64,000 nucleotides of DNA from Eledone cirrhosa (taxonomy: Eukaryota), in NCBI GenBank assembly GCA_964016885.1, contig OZ024756.1, forward strand, positions 32,674,001 to 32,738,000, in the 5' to 3' direction. Both the position numbers and the translations under genes were made by a program. Of the stretch, positions 1-13,872 are shown piece after piece (the first letter of the stretch is position 1; every line of letters starts with the position of its first letter). The notes beneath the pieces are model-generated. The model was not told where the DNA came from. It saw only the letters and a list, made by a program, of their open reading frames with translations, and did no database searches.

Positions 1-186
1 CTACCAAATCAACTTTTTAAATGGAAGTTGCATTATTATAAGGTATGTCAATAATTATTTATAAAACAGCTTATGTATTGTATTTTGTCTGAGGAAGGCA
101 TACCATATTTTTAATATGATATCCCAGAAATATATATAACGAAATAAATATGGTTTTATAAATATAGTTTCCATTTGTTTAATATC

Positions 187-223
<37 letters not shown>

Positions 224-1253
224 CACACACATATTTCCATACATATATACGTGTGCTTTTCTACACGAGCCAAAGCCTCACATGACTATATAAAGTATTC
301 GGCATATTTCTATTTTTATTACCGTACATTTGGTGAAATACATTCTTCATTTCATCTATTAATTCCTACTTGAGGACAAAAGAAAATTGACATGAGAATT
401 TATATTCACGAGTTAGAGAGGCGGAAAAAGATTGGAGGGAGATAGAGGAAAGATATAAGCGAGAAAGAAGATCAAGAGAAGATATATATACATATGGAGA
501 GAGACAGAGAGGGGTCGAATTTGAGATAAAAAAGTTGGTAAGTAATATTTGGGGAGGTAGGATGTATTATAGAATGAGGGAGGGAGGGAGGGTAGGATTA
601 ACTGAAAAGCATAGAAATACGAAGAAAATTAAAGAGACGGAGAATGGGAGTGTGGCAAACATGCGCATGAGTGACAGACAATCAACCAATAGGAAACAAG
701 TAATAGAACTGCTACGACGCAATTATGAATGCTACACATGGTTATTGTACTATAAGAGGATCTTGGGTTACAGAATATATCTTTCGGATTAATGGATGAA
801 TTACTTATAAGCAAGAACATAACTTTACACGCATGACTCTGAATATTCATACTCATTTATAGAGGCAGATAGATAGAATAATATATGCGTGTCTATATAT
901 GGGTATGTGAGTTCATGTACACACGCAAATACGTTGAATTATTTTGGACATACACACATATTTAGTACTTGCTGAATCCTAAGAAGCTTGATGCAATGAG
1001 TATCCCCAAAACAGCCCCTCTCTCTCTCTCTCTCTCTTAAGAGAAACTTAAAAATAAGGAGTGGCACCCCATTCTGAACTTGTTTATAGAATTCTTTCTG
1101 CTTTTGTTACTCTAAATATAAACTATAGCTTTGAAGAATTAGCTTTTAATGAATTCCCTTTTCTATCAACCAATGACCTCTACCCATCCCACTCCCTACC
1201 CTCTCCTACCACCTGAAGAGACCTATAAATACCATATTTATTTTTTGATACCC

Positions 1254-1304
1254 AGATTCCTGATGATTTCTAAAGAATGAAACAGTTCTAGTCCTGTAGA
1301 ATCT
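1254..1304 (+). ncRNA. Type I hammerhead ribozyme, PLE pLTR family 1
   Basis: AGATTC-CTGATGA-TTTCTAAAGAAT-GAAACAG-TTCTAGTC-CTGTA/GAATCT. Stem I AGATTC:GAATCT, stem II TTC:GAA with a T-T at its base, stem III ACAG:CTGT with palindromic CTAG in the loop. Predicted cleavage GUA/ after 1298. Followed by (TA)n. Confidence 0.75.
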
Positions 1305-1331
1305 CATCTATATTAAAACTTTTATATATAA

Positions 1332-1364
<33 letters not shown>

Positions 1365-1455
1365 GTTGTACTTATTGTACTCCCCCCACTCTATTTGTAA
1401 GTCAATTGGTTTTCTCTATACATTCCCTATAAATTGCTCTCCTCCTTATTAACAG

Positions 1456-1515
1456 TGAAGCACTTTCCGTCCCTTTTTTTTACACTGAAGCACTTTCCGT
1501 CCCTTTTTTTTACAC
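1456..1515 (+). repeat. Perfect 30-bp tandem duplication
   Basis: TGAAGCACTTTCCGTCCCTTTTTTTTACAC x2. Confidence 0.9.
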
Positions 1516-1586
1516 TTTCATTGTTATTCTATCATTTCTCTGTCTCTCTTTATATATATATATAAATAAATGTATGTGTGTGTGTT

Positions 1587-1617
<31 letters not shown>

Positions 1618-1866
1618 ATCTATATAAATTATTACGAATGCACCTAGATTCATACTTTGATAAAACTTTGAAACTGATATATATTTGCTTTGTTACTTTT
1701 TTCCTCTGAAAATGTCGAAACGAATCCACACCAACATTTATCCCCCCTCTCTCCCATTCTCTCTCTCTTTCTCCCGCACACACTTTCGGTTTCAAAATGA
1801 AAAACAAGTACTTATTTTAATGTATATCTTTATACATCATTTTCGTTCTCATAATATATATATATA

Positions 1867-1907
<41 letters not shown>

Positions 1908-2167
1908 TTGGTGTGTCTGCATATTTGTAGGCATATGCGTGTGTAGGTGTTTTTCCTGGCGGGAACTGTGTATATGTTAACAGATGCCTCTCCCCAATAC
2001 TGTTAGCAGGAAGAGAGAAAGAAAATATGAAGAAAATGACTGCTTTGATACGAAATTGGTTTCGGAAAATAACTATCTTTCAGCATGGAAAAGCACATCG
2101 GAGTAGAAAATAAAGCTATAAATGATAAAAATACAAATAAATATTATAAAATCATAGACAAAGTGAA

Positions 2168-2232
<65 letters not shown>

Positions 2233-3012
2233 TTAGTTATATATATATAATAAATTAATAAATATAGAAAAAAATAACGTATGCCTTTCTCTTCCTTTCA
2301 TCGGTAATATGTATCTATGCATGTATGTATATGCAAATACGTACGCATATTCATACATCCGTGTGCGGAAAATATGTGTATAAATATATACCTGTCTTTA
2401 TACGTTTATGCATACTCACCCTACCACAAATACATATAAATATACATGTAAAATAACACATACATAAGTACATATATAAATAAGCACGTACCCATGTCTT
2501 TAATATGTTGTCTCTATAATTGGCTTCGTGGAGTAAGAAACAATAGTACTTATTGACTTTCTCTCTCAGTGCCGCCATTATCATATACTTGATCAGTGTA
2601 TAAACATATCTAGTTCTCATTTTTCATATGCTTTACAATAACAATATCCCCCATATATATCAAGTGTCATTTTATTTCAATGGACCTTAGAGATATGTCT
2701 TTGTGGAGTTGTAAAACGGAATTAATTTCAACCAACGCTTTCATTTTTTCTATCCCTGCATTCATCTATGTAGCTCGAATTTGTGATGAAGTTAGGGGGT
2801 GTCGTTTTGACACCTTGCTCCTTGAAGTCTTTAAACTTGGCGCAGCCCCCAAATCCCAAGATCTCAACATAAATGTTTCCTACTGCATCTCTCACTTTCT
2901 CTTCCGTTTTTCTATTCACTTTTTTCTTTCTTTCTATTTTTTCTTCTTCTTATTTGATGTATGTGCAATGTCACTGTGCCTGAGCGACCTAGCATGGATA
3001 TACTTGGTATAA

Positions 3013-3215
3013 GTACTATGGCCATGTGATGCACATAGAGGATGATCGTTATGTGAAGACGTTCCAGAAAGGTGTTGCCTGTGAAAGGCTACAGTAATCT
3101 AGAGTGATGAGAAGTGATGAGAGCAAATCTGAGAACGCAGGAACTCACACAGTAGACGATAAACGGAAGAAAAAGAGTTTAGGCTAGCTGTACTGCAGAC
3201 GACCAATCTAAACCA
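3013..3215 (+). mobile_element. Degenerate RTE-like LINE 3' end
   Basis: Translates YYGHVMHIEDDRYVK ... EVMRANLRTQELT, resembling the RTE C-terminal W.GHV.RM.D.R..K motif; contains stops and frameshifts. Confidence 0.55.
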
Positions 3216-4404
3216 CGTAAGTGGTTGTAAAATTACGGTGATGATGGTGTCTTTTAGTCATGTAATTCTGACTCAATCTTCCCATGAATCACAGTATGTA
3301 AATATTGGTTTAAATAGCATTGATTTTCCTGTCTCAATAAATGATAGAGTATCTTGGTTATATGTCATGATATATTTATATCACAAAGCATTGAGTAAGA
3401 CACCACAATCCCCCTACTGGAATTAGAGCAATTTTAAATGTCTACCAATTTTACGTCATCACTATACATCAACGTGATTGGACGGCATGATTAACAGTTC
3501 GTATTTAATTTATTTGGCTTTTTATCTCTATCTCTTTGTCTCCCTCACTCCTTCTATCTCTCTTCGGCTCTGCAACGATCTCACGTTCTCACTCTTTATG
3601 TAATTCCTCCCTCAATTTCCCAATCTATTTATCAATCTGTCTAATAATTGAAGCGACATCGAAGTTTCGGCGAATGCTTTTCCATACACCCATTCATAAA
3701 ACCACGAATACACTGCAAACGGCTTCCTCAGAAAATAATTGCTTATCTATATCTAGAGATACATATAGGTATAGCTGTGAGGGTAGGAAATTGCCTATGC
3801 AGACCAGGGTCACATATTTAGATTATTTCTGAGTTGAGGCCCAAGTGGCGATTTTTGATTTCTCTATTGCAATTACCGAATCTGCATCGATATTCCGTTT
3901 ATAACTTACTGGTTATTTTGTTATTAAATTGTGACCATTTTGTGGGCAGAGGCATGAGGAGTTTCTTGGTAAGTAGTGAGATAGATAGGGTGACAGATCG
4001 ATAGGTAGTTATCAAGATCATAGAACGAAAGATTAAACAGAACATTAGAAACCATGGAAACGTTACACACGCACACACATTTATATATAGATACATATAT
4101 ACAAATATTCAAACACATAAATAAATCATATATTCACATACATACACACATGGATACACAAATATGAATACACACAGGTGCAGACACTCAGATGCAAACA
4201 TATTAAGGAGTTATATGGGATATCAGGTCACTAAAGAATTACTTAACAAGTGAAGAATGGTTGAATTGCAGCCAATAGAATGGAAGGGTACGAAATAAAA
4301 GAATAGATAGGTAAGTAGGGATGTAGGTCAATCACTGGGTAGGCTGCTAGATGCATTGATATATAGATATGCGTGTATATATATATATATATATATAGAT
4401 ATGC

Positions 4405-4451
<47 letters not shown>

Positions 4452-4548
4452 ATAATAGTAATAAACATGAAAACTAAATCCGAAGAGGGATCGATAAGGA
4501 TAATATACATATCAAATATTTAAAACTGTAGAGCAAAATTAATTACAA

Positions 4549-4608
4549 TTTCAAAAGATCCCTTTAAGGGGGAAATCAGCGATTCTTTGCTTAAACTTTA
4601 TTCTGTTA

Positions 4609-4654
<46 letters not shown>

Positions 4655-4742
4655 GCATTCTATATATATATATTTATTAAAATAACAGATTACAGTTTAA
4701 GCAAAGAATCGCTGCTTTCACCCTTAACGGGATCTTCTGAAA
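4549..4742. repeat. ~67-bp inverted repeat flanking a (TA)n tract
   Basis: 4549-4615 is the reverse complement of 4676-4742 with a few substitutions; a related partial copy lies at ~22600-22650. Confidence 0.85.
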
Positions 4743-4824
4743 CTAACAAAGTCAATCTGCGAACGCAGAAGTGAATATTTCAAAAAACGTTGCAACCGGA
4801 TGAAGACAGGAAGACGATACTTTG

Positions 4825-4898
4825 GTTCGTGTGTAATTATACAAACACATATATATATATGTGTGTGTGTGTGTGTGTTTGTATAATTACACACGAAC
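4825..4898. repeat. ~25-bp inverted repeat around a TA/TG microsatellite
   Basis: GTTCGTGTGTAATTATACAAACAC ... GTGTTTGTATAATTACACACGAAC. Confidence 0.85.
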
Positions 4899-5311
4899 AC
4901 AAGGTTACGTTGATGCGCTCCGAACTTAGAAGTCTGGTTATTGTAGAAATATAGAAACTAGAAACTTCTACCTTTCGATTATTTTTCCTTTATAGTTTTG
5001 GAAATTATATCCCAAACTTCACTACACGGTATCTAATAAGTGCTAGAGTCTATAAGAATCATTCAATTGCAGTTGGCGCTTGAAGGGAGAAATCTTAGAA
5101 ATGTCAAATACACGATGTTAGGCAAGCAATTCATGCTTTAGGAAACAGATGTTCTGCCACTGTTCCTCGCGTTCTCAGATTTCAAGAATCTATTCACTAG
5201 AATAAAGCGTATTCTACACGTCTATTATTCGATTTACACAAAAACTTCAAATCACATTATCTCCCACGTGTATAAGGAATTGCCAATGTTTGTGGGCAAT
5301 GCTTCTGTAAA

Positions 5312-5343
<32 letters not shown>

Positions 5344-5346
<3 letters not shown>

Positions 5347-5560
5347 CGAAGGAAGTGTGGTAAGGAACCAGATGGACCATAACGCACCAGACTACTCAAT
5401 ACTTAGGGTAGTAGAGTGGGCAATAGTAAAATGTTTAACCCCGACGGCAGAGCTCAAGCCGTTTTGACGGCTATTTCTGGACTCAGAGGTCCAGACTCAG
5501 GGTCCAGAAATAGACGTCGAAACGGCTTGAGGTCTGCCGTGGGGGTTAAACATTTTCCTA
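5344..5560 (-). mobile_element. PLE-like pLTR fragment (family 2) with internal inversion
   Basis: Arms 5424-5482 and 5502-5560 are inverted; contains the GAAACGGCT...GCCGT(C) HHR half; homologous in opposite orientation to 38583-38780; bounded by (TA)n. Confidence 0.7.
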
Positions 5561-5622
5561 TATATATATAATAATAATAATAATGAAGTGTTGTGTATAT
5601 ATGTATATATAAGTATAAGTTT

Positions 5623-5649
<27 letters not shown>

Positions 5650-5653
<4 letters not shown>

Positions 5654-5807
5654 GTCTTCTACACGACTAGAACTGACGGTTTCCCCCGAATAAAACACTT
5701 CTAGTCCTGTAGAAGCCATTTCTATATAAACTATTTATACTCTGCTATGTATTGAGTACCTTACTTTCATTTGTTAACGCCGATTGAACCCGTGATAAAC
5801 TTATATA
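5650..5807 (+). mobile_element. PLE-like pLTR fragment (family 1 variant) with short inverted arm
   Basis: AAATGTCTTCTACACGACTAGAACTG is inverted against CACTTCTAGTCCTGTAGAAGCCATTT; tail TACTCTGCTATGTATTGAGTACC is shared with 6092-6226. Confidence 0.7.
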
Positions 5808-5850
5808 CTGTGTGTCTGTGTGAGCTTGCATATGTATATATATAGATATA

Positions 5851-6051
5851 TACGAGTGTCAGCTGAAAAGTTCGTAGTTCGACAAAGATACTCTCATTGA
5901 AGTACCAAATTAGGTTTATTTTTCAAAATGGTCCCTGGAAAAAAACAATCTAGCAATTAATAAGAACTGCTGAAATTGATGCATGCAATATTGCATAGTT
6001 CTAGTACATTCCTTCATAGCCAGCCTATGAATGTTTCAACCACCCTCGTTA
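5851..6051. mobile_element. Mariner/Tc1-type MITE
   Basis: Degenerate TIRs TACGAGTGTCAGCTGAAAAGTTCGTAG / CTATGAATGTTTCAACCACCCTCGT in a TA context. Confidence 0.6.
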
Positions 6052-6091
6052 TATGTATTTTTTTATTTTATTTTATTATTTTTTGATACCC

Positions 6092-6142
6092 AGATTCCTG
6101 ATGATTTCTAAAGAATGAAACAGTTCTAGTCCTGTAGAATCT
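6092..6142 (+). ncRNA. Type I hammerhead ribozyme, family 1 (identical to 1254-1304)
   Basis: Same 51-nt fold; the element continues with an ~85-nt tail to ~6226, then (TA)n. Confidence 0.75.
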
Positions 6143-6274
6143 CATCTATATTAAAACTTTTATACTCTGCTATGTATTGAGTACCTTACTTACTGTGTTT
6201 ACCTCCGATTCAACCCGGAATAACGTATATATATATATATATATATATACTACAAACCCTCCGTCTCATTTCTA

Positions 6275-6435
6275 CTTTTGAAAAGCAGAACTGCGAAACC
6301 GGTAAAGGAACCCAATAAATATATATTTAAAAAAAAAAGACTCCAGTTGCATTTTCGATTTCATCTTTTTTCCTTATACTTTCACTCGTGTAGGACACCT
6401 CGGTTTTTTTTATTTTATAAAAAAAACTCACTTTC

Positions 6436-6501
<66 letters not shown>

Positions 6502-6604
6502 GAAAGTGAGGTTTTATTACAAAATGAAAAGAAAAACCGAGGTGTCCTACACGGGTGAAAGTATAAGGAAAAAAGATGATATCGAATATGCAACTGGAGT
6601 CTTT
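6275..6604 (+). mobile_element. PLE-like 3' end with degenerate minimal HHR and an inverted duplicate across (TA)n
   Basis: CTT-TTGAAAA-GCAGAACTGC-GAAACCGGTA/AAG at 6275-6307 (core mutated); arms 6336-6440 and 6497-6604 are inverted. Confidence 0.65.
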
Positions 6605-6675
6605 ATATATTATATATATATATATATATATGCACACACATATATATATTTATACATATAGACATATAAACACAC

Positions 6676-6711
<36 letters not shown>

Positions 6712-7312
6712 ATATATATTAATGTATATATGTGTGTGTGTATATATATGTATGTATATATGTGTGTGTGTATATATATGTGTGTGTGTGTATATATATG
6801 TATGTATGTATGTATGTTTATGTGTGTGTGCATGTATGTATGTGTTTGTGTGTGTGTGTGTGAACAGAGAAAGATTTGCAAACATTGTAGATAGAAAGGT
6901 CGAGAGTTTGGTATAGATGCATTGATACCGATAGAGATATAGTAGACGGCGGTGGGGTAATATTTTATATCTGTAATCCGACACAATAATGATATGTGTG
7001 GTTGCAACAGATAAGGTGCGTAATAAAGAGAGATGACTGAATTGATATTAGCAGACATTGTAAAGATAGATAACTTGACACATAGGCATAACCAGCACTA
7101 GAAATATAGTGAATAATATAGTGCCTTAGGTCAAACTCATTGTAATGCAACCCACTACTTTGTAGATGTACATATGAATTCTTGGTATTGTGTGTCATGT
7201 CTATGGGCAAAACACATATATAGACATATGTGCGTATGTATGTATATATATATATATATGCCTGTATGTGTGTGTACTTGTATATATATCTATTTATATA
7301 TGTGTGTGTGTA

Positions 7313-7351
<39 letters not shown>

Positions 7352-7385
7352 ATGTAATATATTTATTTATATATGTGTTTATGCG

Positions 7386-7420
<35 letters not shown>

Positions 7421-7657
7421 ATGTATTTATATATATGTGTGTGTGTGTATGTGTATATGTATTTATATATATATATATATATATATATGCTTGTGTGTAT
7501 ATATATATATAAATATATATTCCGGCTCTGTAAATCATCTGATGTATTTACATTGAGCTATTATTCTTACTGGTAATAAGGTGGTAATGGATTACTGACC
7601 TTTCCTGTTTATAATTATATGTAGTGTATATATATAAGTATAACTGATATTATTATT

Positions 7658-7956
<299 letters not shown>

Positions 7957-8715
7957 TTGGGTGTGTTTATATATTCTTTATTTTGTGTACGTTATGAGTC
8001 TTAAAATCTACTTCGGTTTTGAGTATATATCCTTGATTCTATTAACATCACATTGATATAATACACATACACATATATATGCATACTGCTATAGCTCCTA
8101 CATATCTAGGTTTAGCTAGCCACGTAAGGAATTATTTATAATATGAGGCGTCTTCGAGAATTTATATGACTGAATATCTATTTCTGTAATGAGAATATAC
8201 ATAAAATAGATATCTTTGCTCAAGAACCCTAAGAATCACCCAGTCCAGGAACCAACAATTGATTTTAGCATCTTTAGTCGATCACCCCAGCCACTAGGAT
8301 ACGCACTTTATTGATACGTGCCTGGCGTTTCTAGAATATTGATCTATCACGTATAATCTCTGTCGTTCTGTTAGGGATTTGATGTAGTTCAATGTTATAT
8401 GCATGTTCGTGTGTATGTACATAGTTTCGTGTATATGTAACGAAGCATGCGGGTGTCTGTATAGGATTGTACATATATGTGTAGGTTTCAGTGAAAACAC
8501 TCTTGCAACTGAATTCATTTTCTTTCTGTCTTTTTGGATACATGCAGGCATGTATGCATATATGTATACATGTATGTATGTAGTCATGTATGCATATATG
8601 TGTACATATAGTCATGTATGCATACATATACTTAAGTGCATCTGGATGTTAGAATACATGGAAATATGTGTGCATATGTATAAGAATGTATGCAGTCGTG
8701 TATTTTGAAGATGCA

Positions 8716-8755
<40 letters not shown>

Positions 8756-9408
8756 GTGTGAGTGTGTGTTCGTATTTATTTCAGTGTATATGCAATCATG
8801 TATATATAATGTATGTATGGTGTGCATACGGATGTGTTTCTCTTAAAGCTAAATTAAGTTCAACATTGGAATTTAACAATTTTCATTCCCGTTGGCGCCA
8901 TTTTATCATTTTAATGAACCGATAATGAATACTTCATGTCTTTTTAATTGTTCTTCTCTTTGTTGTTGTTTCTGTTGTTCTTCCTGTTGTTGCTGTTGTT
9001 TTTGTTGAAGTAAAAGTTGATGCAGTCAATGCTGTTGTACTTACTGTTTTATTTTTTCTGTTGTTACTGTTGCTGTTGTTGTTGTAGTTCAAGCTGATGT
9101 TGAGGATAATTATAACGTTAATGTAGTTACTGTTGTTAGTGTAATAGTTGTAATCCCCTGATGATGCTGAGAATATGTAGGATTATATTCTGCAATATGT
9201 TCTACGTTTCCAAAACGCTGTAATTCATATGGAAAATTGGTTGGTATTTCTTGCAGTGAGAACATCCAGGAAGCGGCCCCATTATGGCTGTGGCGGCATT
9301 TGAAATTGTTCTTCTCGATGATGCGATTGCTTTTGCTGTTGCTGGCAATGTGGGTAGTTTTAATCTAGATGTTGTAATCTTAGTTCTTTTAGTCAAGGTC
9401 ACAATTGT

Positions 9409-9724
9409 AAAACCCCATCCGGTCTCATATGACCATGATTTTTGCACCTAGAAAGTTCCCCGCCGTGTCACAAGCTCGGGCTAAGTGGTATTTTGGCAGA
9501 TCAACAGTCGCCGATGAATACTAGTCTCCGTCTCCCCTCGTCACAGCACCGATGTTGTCTCAGGAAAAGGCAATGGCCGATACAGCTTCGCATCAGTGAC
9601 GTCGCAACGCATTTCTACAGATGAGTGAACTGGATGAACGTGAAATAAATTGTCTTGCTCAAGAACACAACGCATTGTTTGATTTACAACCTCACGATTA
9701 TAGCTCCGACGCTCTAATCACTAA
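9409..9724 (-). mobile_element. tRNA-derived SINE family B
   Basis: Reverse complement aligns with 16193-16530 (GTGTCCTTGAGCAAGACACTTTATTTC core and 3' part). Confidence 0.75.
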
Positions 9725-12066
9725 TTTACTAAACATTGTAGCTAACCCTACAATTATCGAAGAGATTAGGCTGTGATACTAATGTAAGGTAGAATTTACT
9801 ACTACTGAGCGCCCACGTAGAAAATTCACTATGGGAATGCTGACTGCACTTTTATGCATAATGTTAAAAAACCGCAGGCAATATAAACTGTATATTCACA
9901 TTTTCTTTATATGTTTATGTCTATATTACTAATCGTTTGGGAGTTAAATTGTGTATGAAGATGTCGCTGCTCTTGTTACTACTGTTTCAAATGGCACTTT
10001 AATTGTATATATATACCGTTATTGTTTTTAGTACTTCTTTTAGTAATATTATTGTTAGTTGTGGCTTTCGTTGTTGGTATTGTAGTTTGTGTCGATGTTA
10101 GTACTATTGTTGTGCACCTGCTGCATGTGGAGAATTTATAGTTTCTACATATGTTGTTATAAATGGTTGTTGTTGTAGTTGTTGTTATTGTAGTTGTTGT
10201 TGTTGTTGTTATTTATGTTGTATATTTGTTGTTGGTGTTCTTGTTGGTTTTGTGCTGACTGGTCTTATTCGTATTGGCCTTAGTACAGTTATTGCTACTG
10301 GCATTGTTGGTGTTATTGTTGCAACGATGGCAGGTACAGCTGGCGCTGTCAGTTCCGTTGATTGCATTAATGCTGCTAATAACAACCACCTTGTAACTGC
10401 TAAAGTTGCAATTAATATTGCTAGCACTAATAAAATCAGCCGTTGAAGCGTTGAATATTTTGTAGATTGGGCAGAGTACATTAGTAATATCTTTGTATAG
10501 ATACAGTAAGATATAGATAGAGAAAGAGAGAAACTAAGAAAGGGAGCTAGAGAAGGACAGAGAAATTGGAAGAGGGAGTGATATATTCTATAGATAAGAG
10601 TGATACATAAAGATAGAGAGAGAAAAAGAGGGGAAGAGGGTAGACAGAAAATCATTGAAGCATTGAACATCCTGTAGATTAGTTGGGAAGATAACGACAT
10701 CTTGTCGTAGATAAGCTCTGTGATAAGGGGCGAGAGAGGGTAAGAATGTGTGTGTGTGTGTGTGTGTTTGTGTAAAAGCATAGAGAGAGAGAGAGAGTGG
10801 GGGAGAGATAAAGAGAAATATGGTTTATGTCTTAAACATCTACCATACGTTCACTTCTGCCACTTGGCATGATGCCAGAGATAGTGATAAGCTGAACATA
10901 TTCGGGCAGTTAAATAAGGAAATTTGCAAATCTGTCGCAGCATTCCTTCTGGTCTTGAGGTCCCCATTATCATCTTTGCATGTGGTGGGATATGATATTG
11001 AAAAACAGAAACATAAGCCAGATATCACAATGGTGTAAAGCACCACGCCTAACGGTCGAACAATTTTCACCAATGCACAGCTCTAAGTTTGGTGCTTTAT
11101 CTATGGACGCCAAACTAACTTCAGCAGGATTTAAGTTTAGGACAAACAATCCGAAGGAATAATACAATGGATATTATCGATAGATAGTGCAATTCTGCCA
11201 ATACATTGTGCTACGAAAAAATACATTTTTCAACGACCTCGAAATGATGAAAAAAGCAAAGTTGACAAAGGGAGGTTGACGCAGAATTTTGCAGAGTATC
11301 GTACAAAATCCTATAAGGCCTCTAACGATTTTGCCAATTCTCTCGTCAGTAATTACAAACTTCATCACTGAGTGTGGACAATTTTCTAATCGAATAATTA
11401 AGACTATATAGAGATTGAAAGCAAATGAATATGGTTGATTGAAACCTGCCTGTCCAACGTCAGATGTCTCGTAAGTGAGACAGCATTTATAATTAAACCT
11501 CATATTCAATATTGTTTTGCTTGTAGGACATTTACATCAACCATAATTGATATGCATTAAAATACACAAGATATATTGAAATGGGGGCATGTAGAATTCT
11601 AGACACATAACCATAATCAACCAAAATCGATATGCATATAATAAGCAATATATTGGGTTCGAATAAATTCAATCGTCCAAGGCACCATTTTGCTAGTGAA
11701 AATTTGGCCTGGTGCCTTGTTTGAAATAAACTATTATATTTTGGCTTGGAATCGATGTTAATTCATTACGCCTCAACGACAAAATTTCTTGCCATATTGC
11801 AATATTGAAGTAAATATTTAATTCTAGAAACAGTTGTTGTTGTTGCTGTTGCTAGTACTGAAATGTTGCTGGTGTAGCTTCTGTTTTTTTTTCCTGTTTT
11901 GTTTCCGCTACTGCATATATATTTGTTGCAGCTGTTCGTCGATAGATAATGAATCAACCCCAATACGAAAAGTATGACAGGCAAAGTACGCCCTTCTTGG
12001 TGAAATTCAAAATCAGAGAGCAGAGAACCTGAACGAAGATTACAAGGCATTATATTGAATGCCATA

Positions 12067-12246
12067 GGGCGCTGGATTGGCAGTATCAGTAGAGGGTCGG
12101 ACAGCATGCTTTCCAGCAAAGATACCTTTATGGTCTGAGTTCAAATCCTGTAAATTTGCTTTTCATTCCTACGGGGGTCGATAAAATAAAGTACCAGTAA
12201 TACACTGGGTCAATTGCTGGCCTTGTGCCAAAAGTAGAAACAATTA
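12067..12246 (+). mobile_element. SINE family A
   Basis: A-box-like TGGCAGTATCAG, B-box GAGTTCAAATCC, central domain, GTAGAAACAATTA end. Confidence 0.85.
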
Positions 12247-12260
12247 TATCCAACGCCATA

Positions 12261-12420
12261 GGGCGGTGGATTGGCAGTATCTGCAGAGGGTCGGACGCCA
12301 TGCTTTCTAGCATAGAATTACGTCCCTTTACGGTCTGAGTTCAAATTTGCCTGTTATCCTTATAGGGTCGATAAAATAAAGTATCAGTAATGCACTGGGG
12401 TAATTGCTGGCCTTGTGCCA
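12261..12420 (+). mobile_element. SINE family A, tandem second copy
   Basis: Same motifs with an internal deletion; preceded by GCCATAGGGCG like the first copy. Confidence 0.85.
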
Positions 12421-12489
12421 TAACGGTTCCTCTGCTTAATCTGTATTTCACTATTCAAGTCAGAGTCCTGCCATCCAACGTAGCTATAG

Positions 12490-12680
12490 TAATTGTTTCT
12501 ACTATTGGCACACGGCCAGCAATTACACCAGTGCATTACTGGTACTTTATTTTATCGACCCCAGTCAGGATGAAAGGCAAAGTTAACCTCGACGAGATTT
12601 GAACTCAGAATGGCAAGGGCCGTAACTCTATACGTCAAAGCATGGCGCCCGACTGTCTACCGATAGTGCCAATCCACCAG
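12490..12680 (-). mobile_element. SINE family A
   Basis: Full reverse-complement copy. Confidence 0.85.
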
Positions 12681-12874
12681 CTATATAATGGCCCACCATA
12701 CTACAGCTACTACTAACGTTGCTGCAGTAAAATATTGTTGTGGCGTTTCTCAGGAATATGCTTTCTTTGCTAATCTATATTTTCTTAATAGTCTTTCTTT
12801 CTCATTTATTTTACATTGTTTTTATTGCTACTCCTATTATTTCTTCTTGTTATTGTTGGTATTGCTGTTGCAGT

Positions 12875-12953
12875 TATCATCATCATCCTCATCATCATCA
12901 TCAACAACAGCGTCATCACCATCATCCTCTGATTATAATCATCATCAACAGCG

Positions 12954-13000
<47 letters not shown>

Positions 13001-13156
13001 GTCGTCATCATCATCAAACATAACCATCAACAACGTCATCATCATTATCATCATCGTCATCATCATCATCATCATCAACATCATCATCATCATCATCATC
13101 ATCGTCATCATCATCAAACATAACCATCAACAACGTCATCATCATTATCATCATCG

Positions 13157-13201
<45 letters not shown>

Positions 13202-13400
13202 ACATCATCATCATCGTTATCGTCATCGCCGTCATCATCACCATCACCACTACCATCATCATCATCGTCATCATCAACATCAACAGTAGCGTCATCATCA
13301 AAATCACCATCATCATCGCCATCATCATCACCATCTTCACCATCATCATCATCACCGCCATCAGCGCCACCGCCATCATCTTCATAATCGTCATCACCGT

Positions 13401-13436
<36 letters not shown>

Positions 13437-13502
13437 AACCACCACCATCATCATCATCATCATCATCATCACCATCTCCATATCATCATCATCATCATCA
13501 CC
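12875..13502. repeat. (CAT)n degenerate trinucleotide repeat
   Basis: Direct reading; includes an internally duplicated CAAACATAACCATCAACAACGTC unit. Confidence 0.95.
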
Positions 13503-13579
13503 GTATCACTTTCAGCTTGATCATCGACCTTATAATTGTTATTTTTATTAATGATAGTTACTATAATTGTTACAGCTGT

Positions 13580-13805
13580 AGTTCTTGCTGCTGCTGCTGC
13601 TGTTGTTGTTGTTGTTGTTGTTGTTGTTGCTGCTGCTGTTGTTGTTGTTGTTGTTGTTGTTGTTCTACATCTCTAGGTAATGTATTCTGTATTTTCTGTA
13701 CATATTTTTTGTATTTTTTTTTAAATTTGAATGTATGTATGTGTATACATATGTATGTATGTGTATATGTGTGTGTGTGTATATATGTGTGTATATATGT
13801 GTGTA

Positions 13806-13872
<67 letters not shown>

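Noticed and set aside
2728-2919. Short non-repetitive ORFs as exons (also ~50930-51100 and 46042-46269)
   Set aside because: No recognisable domain or supportable splice structure
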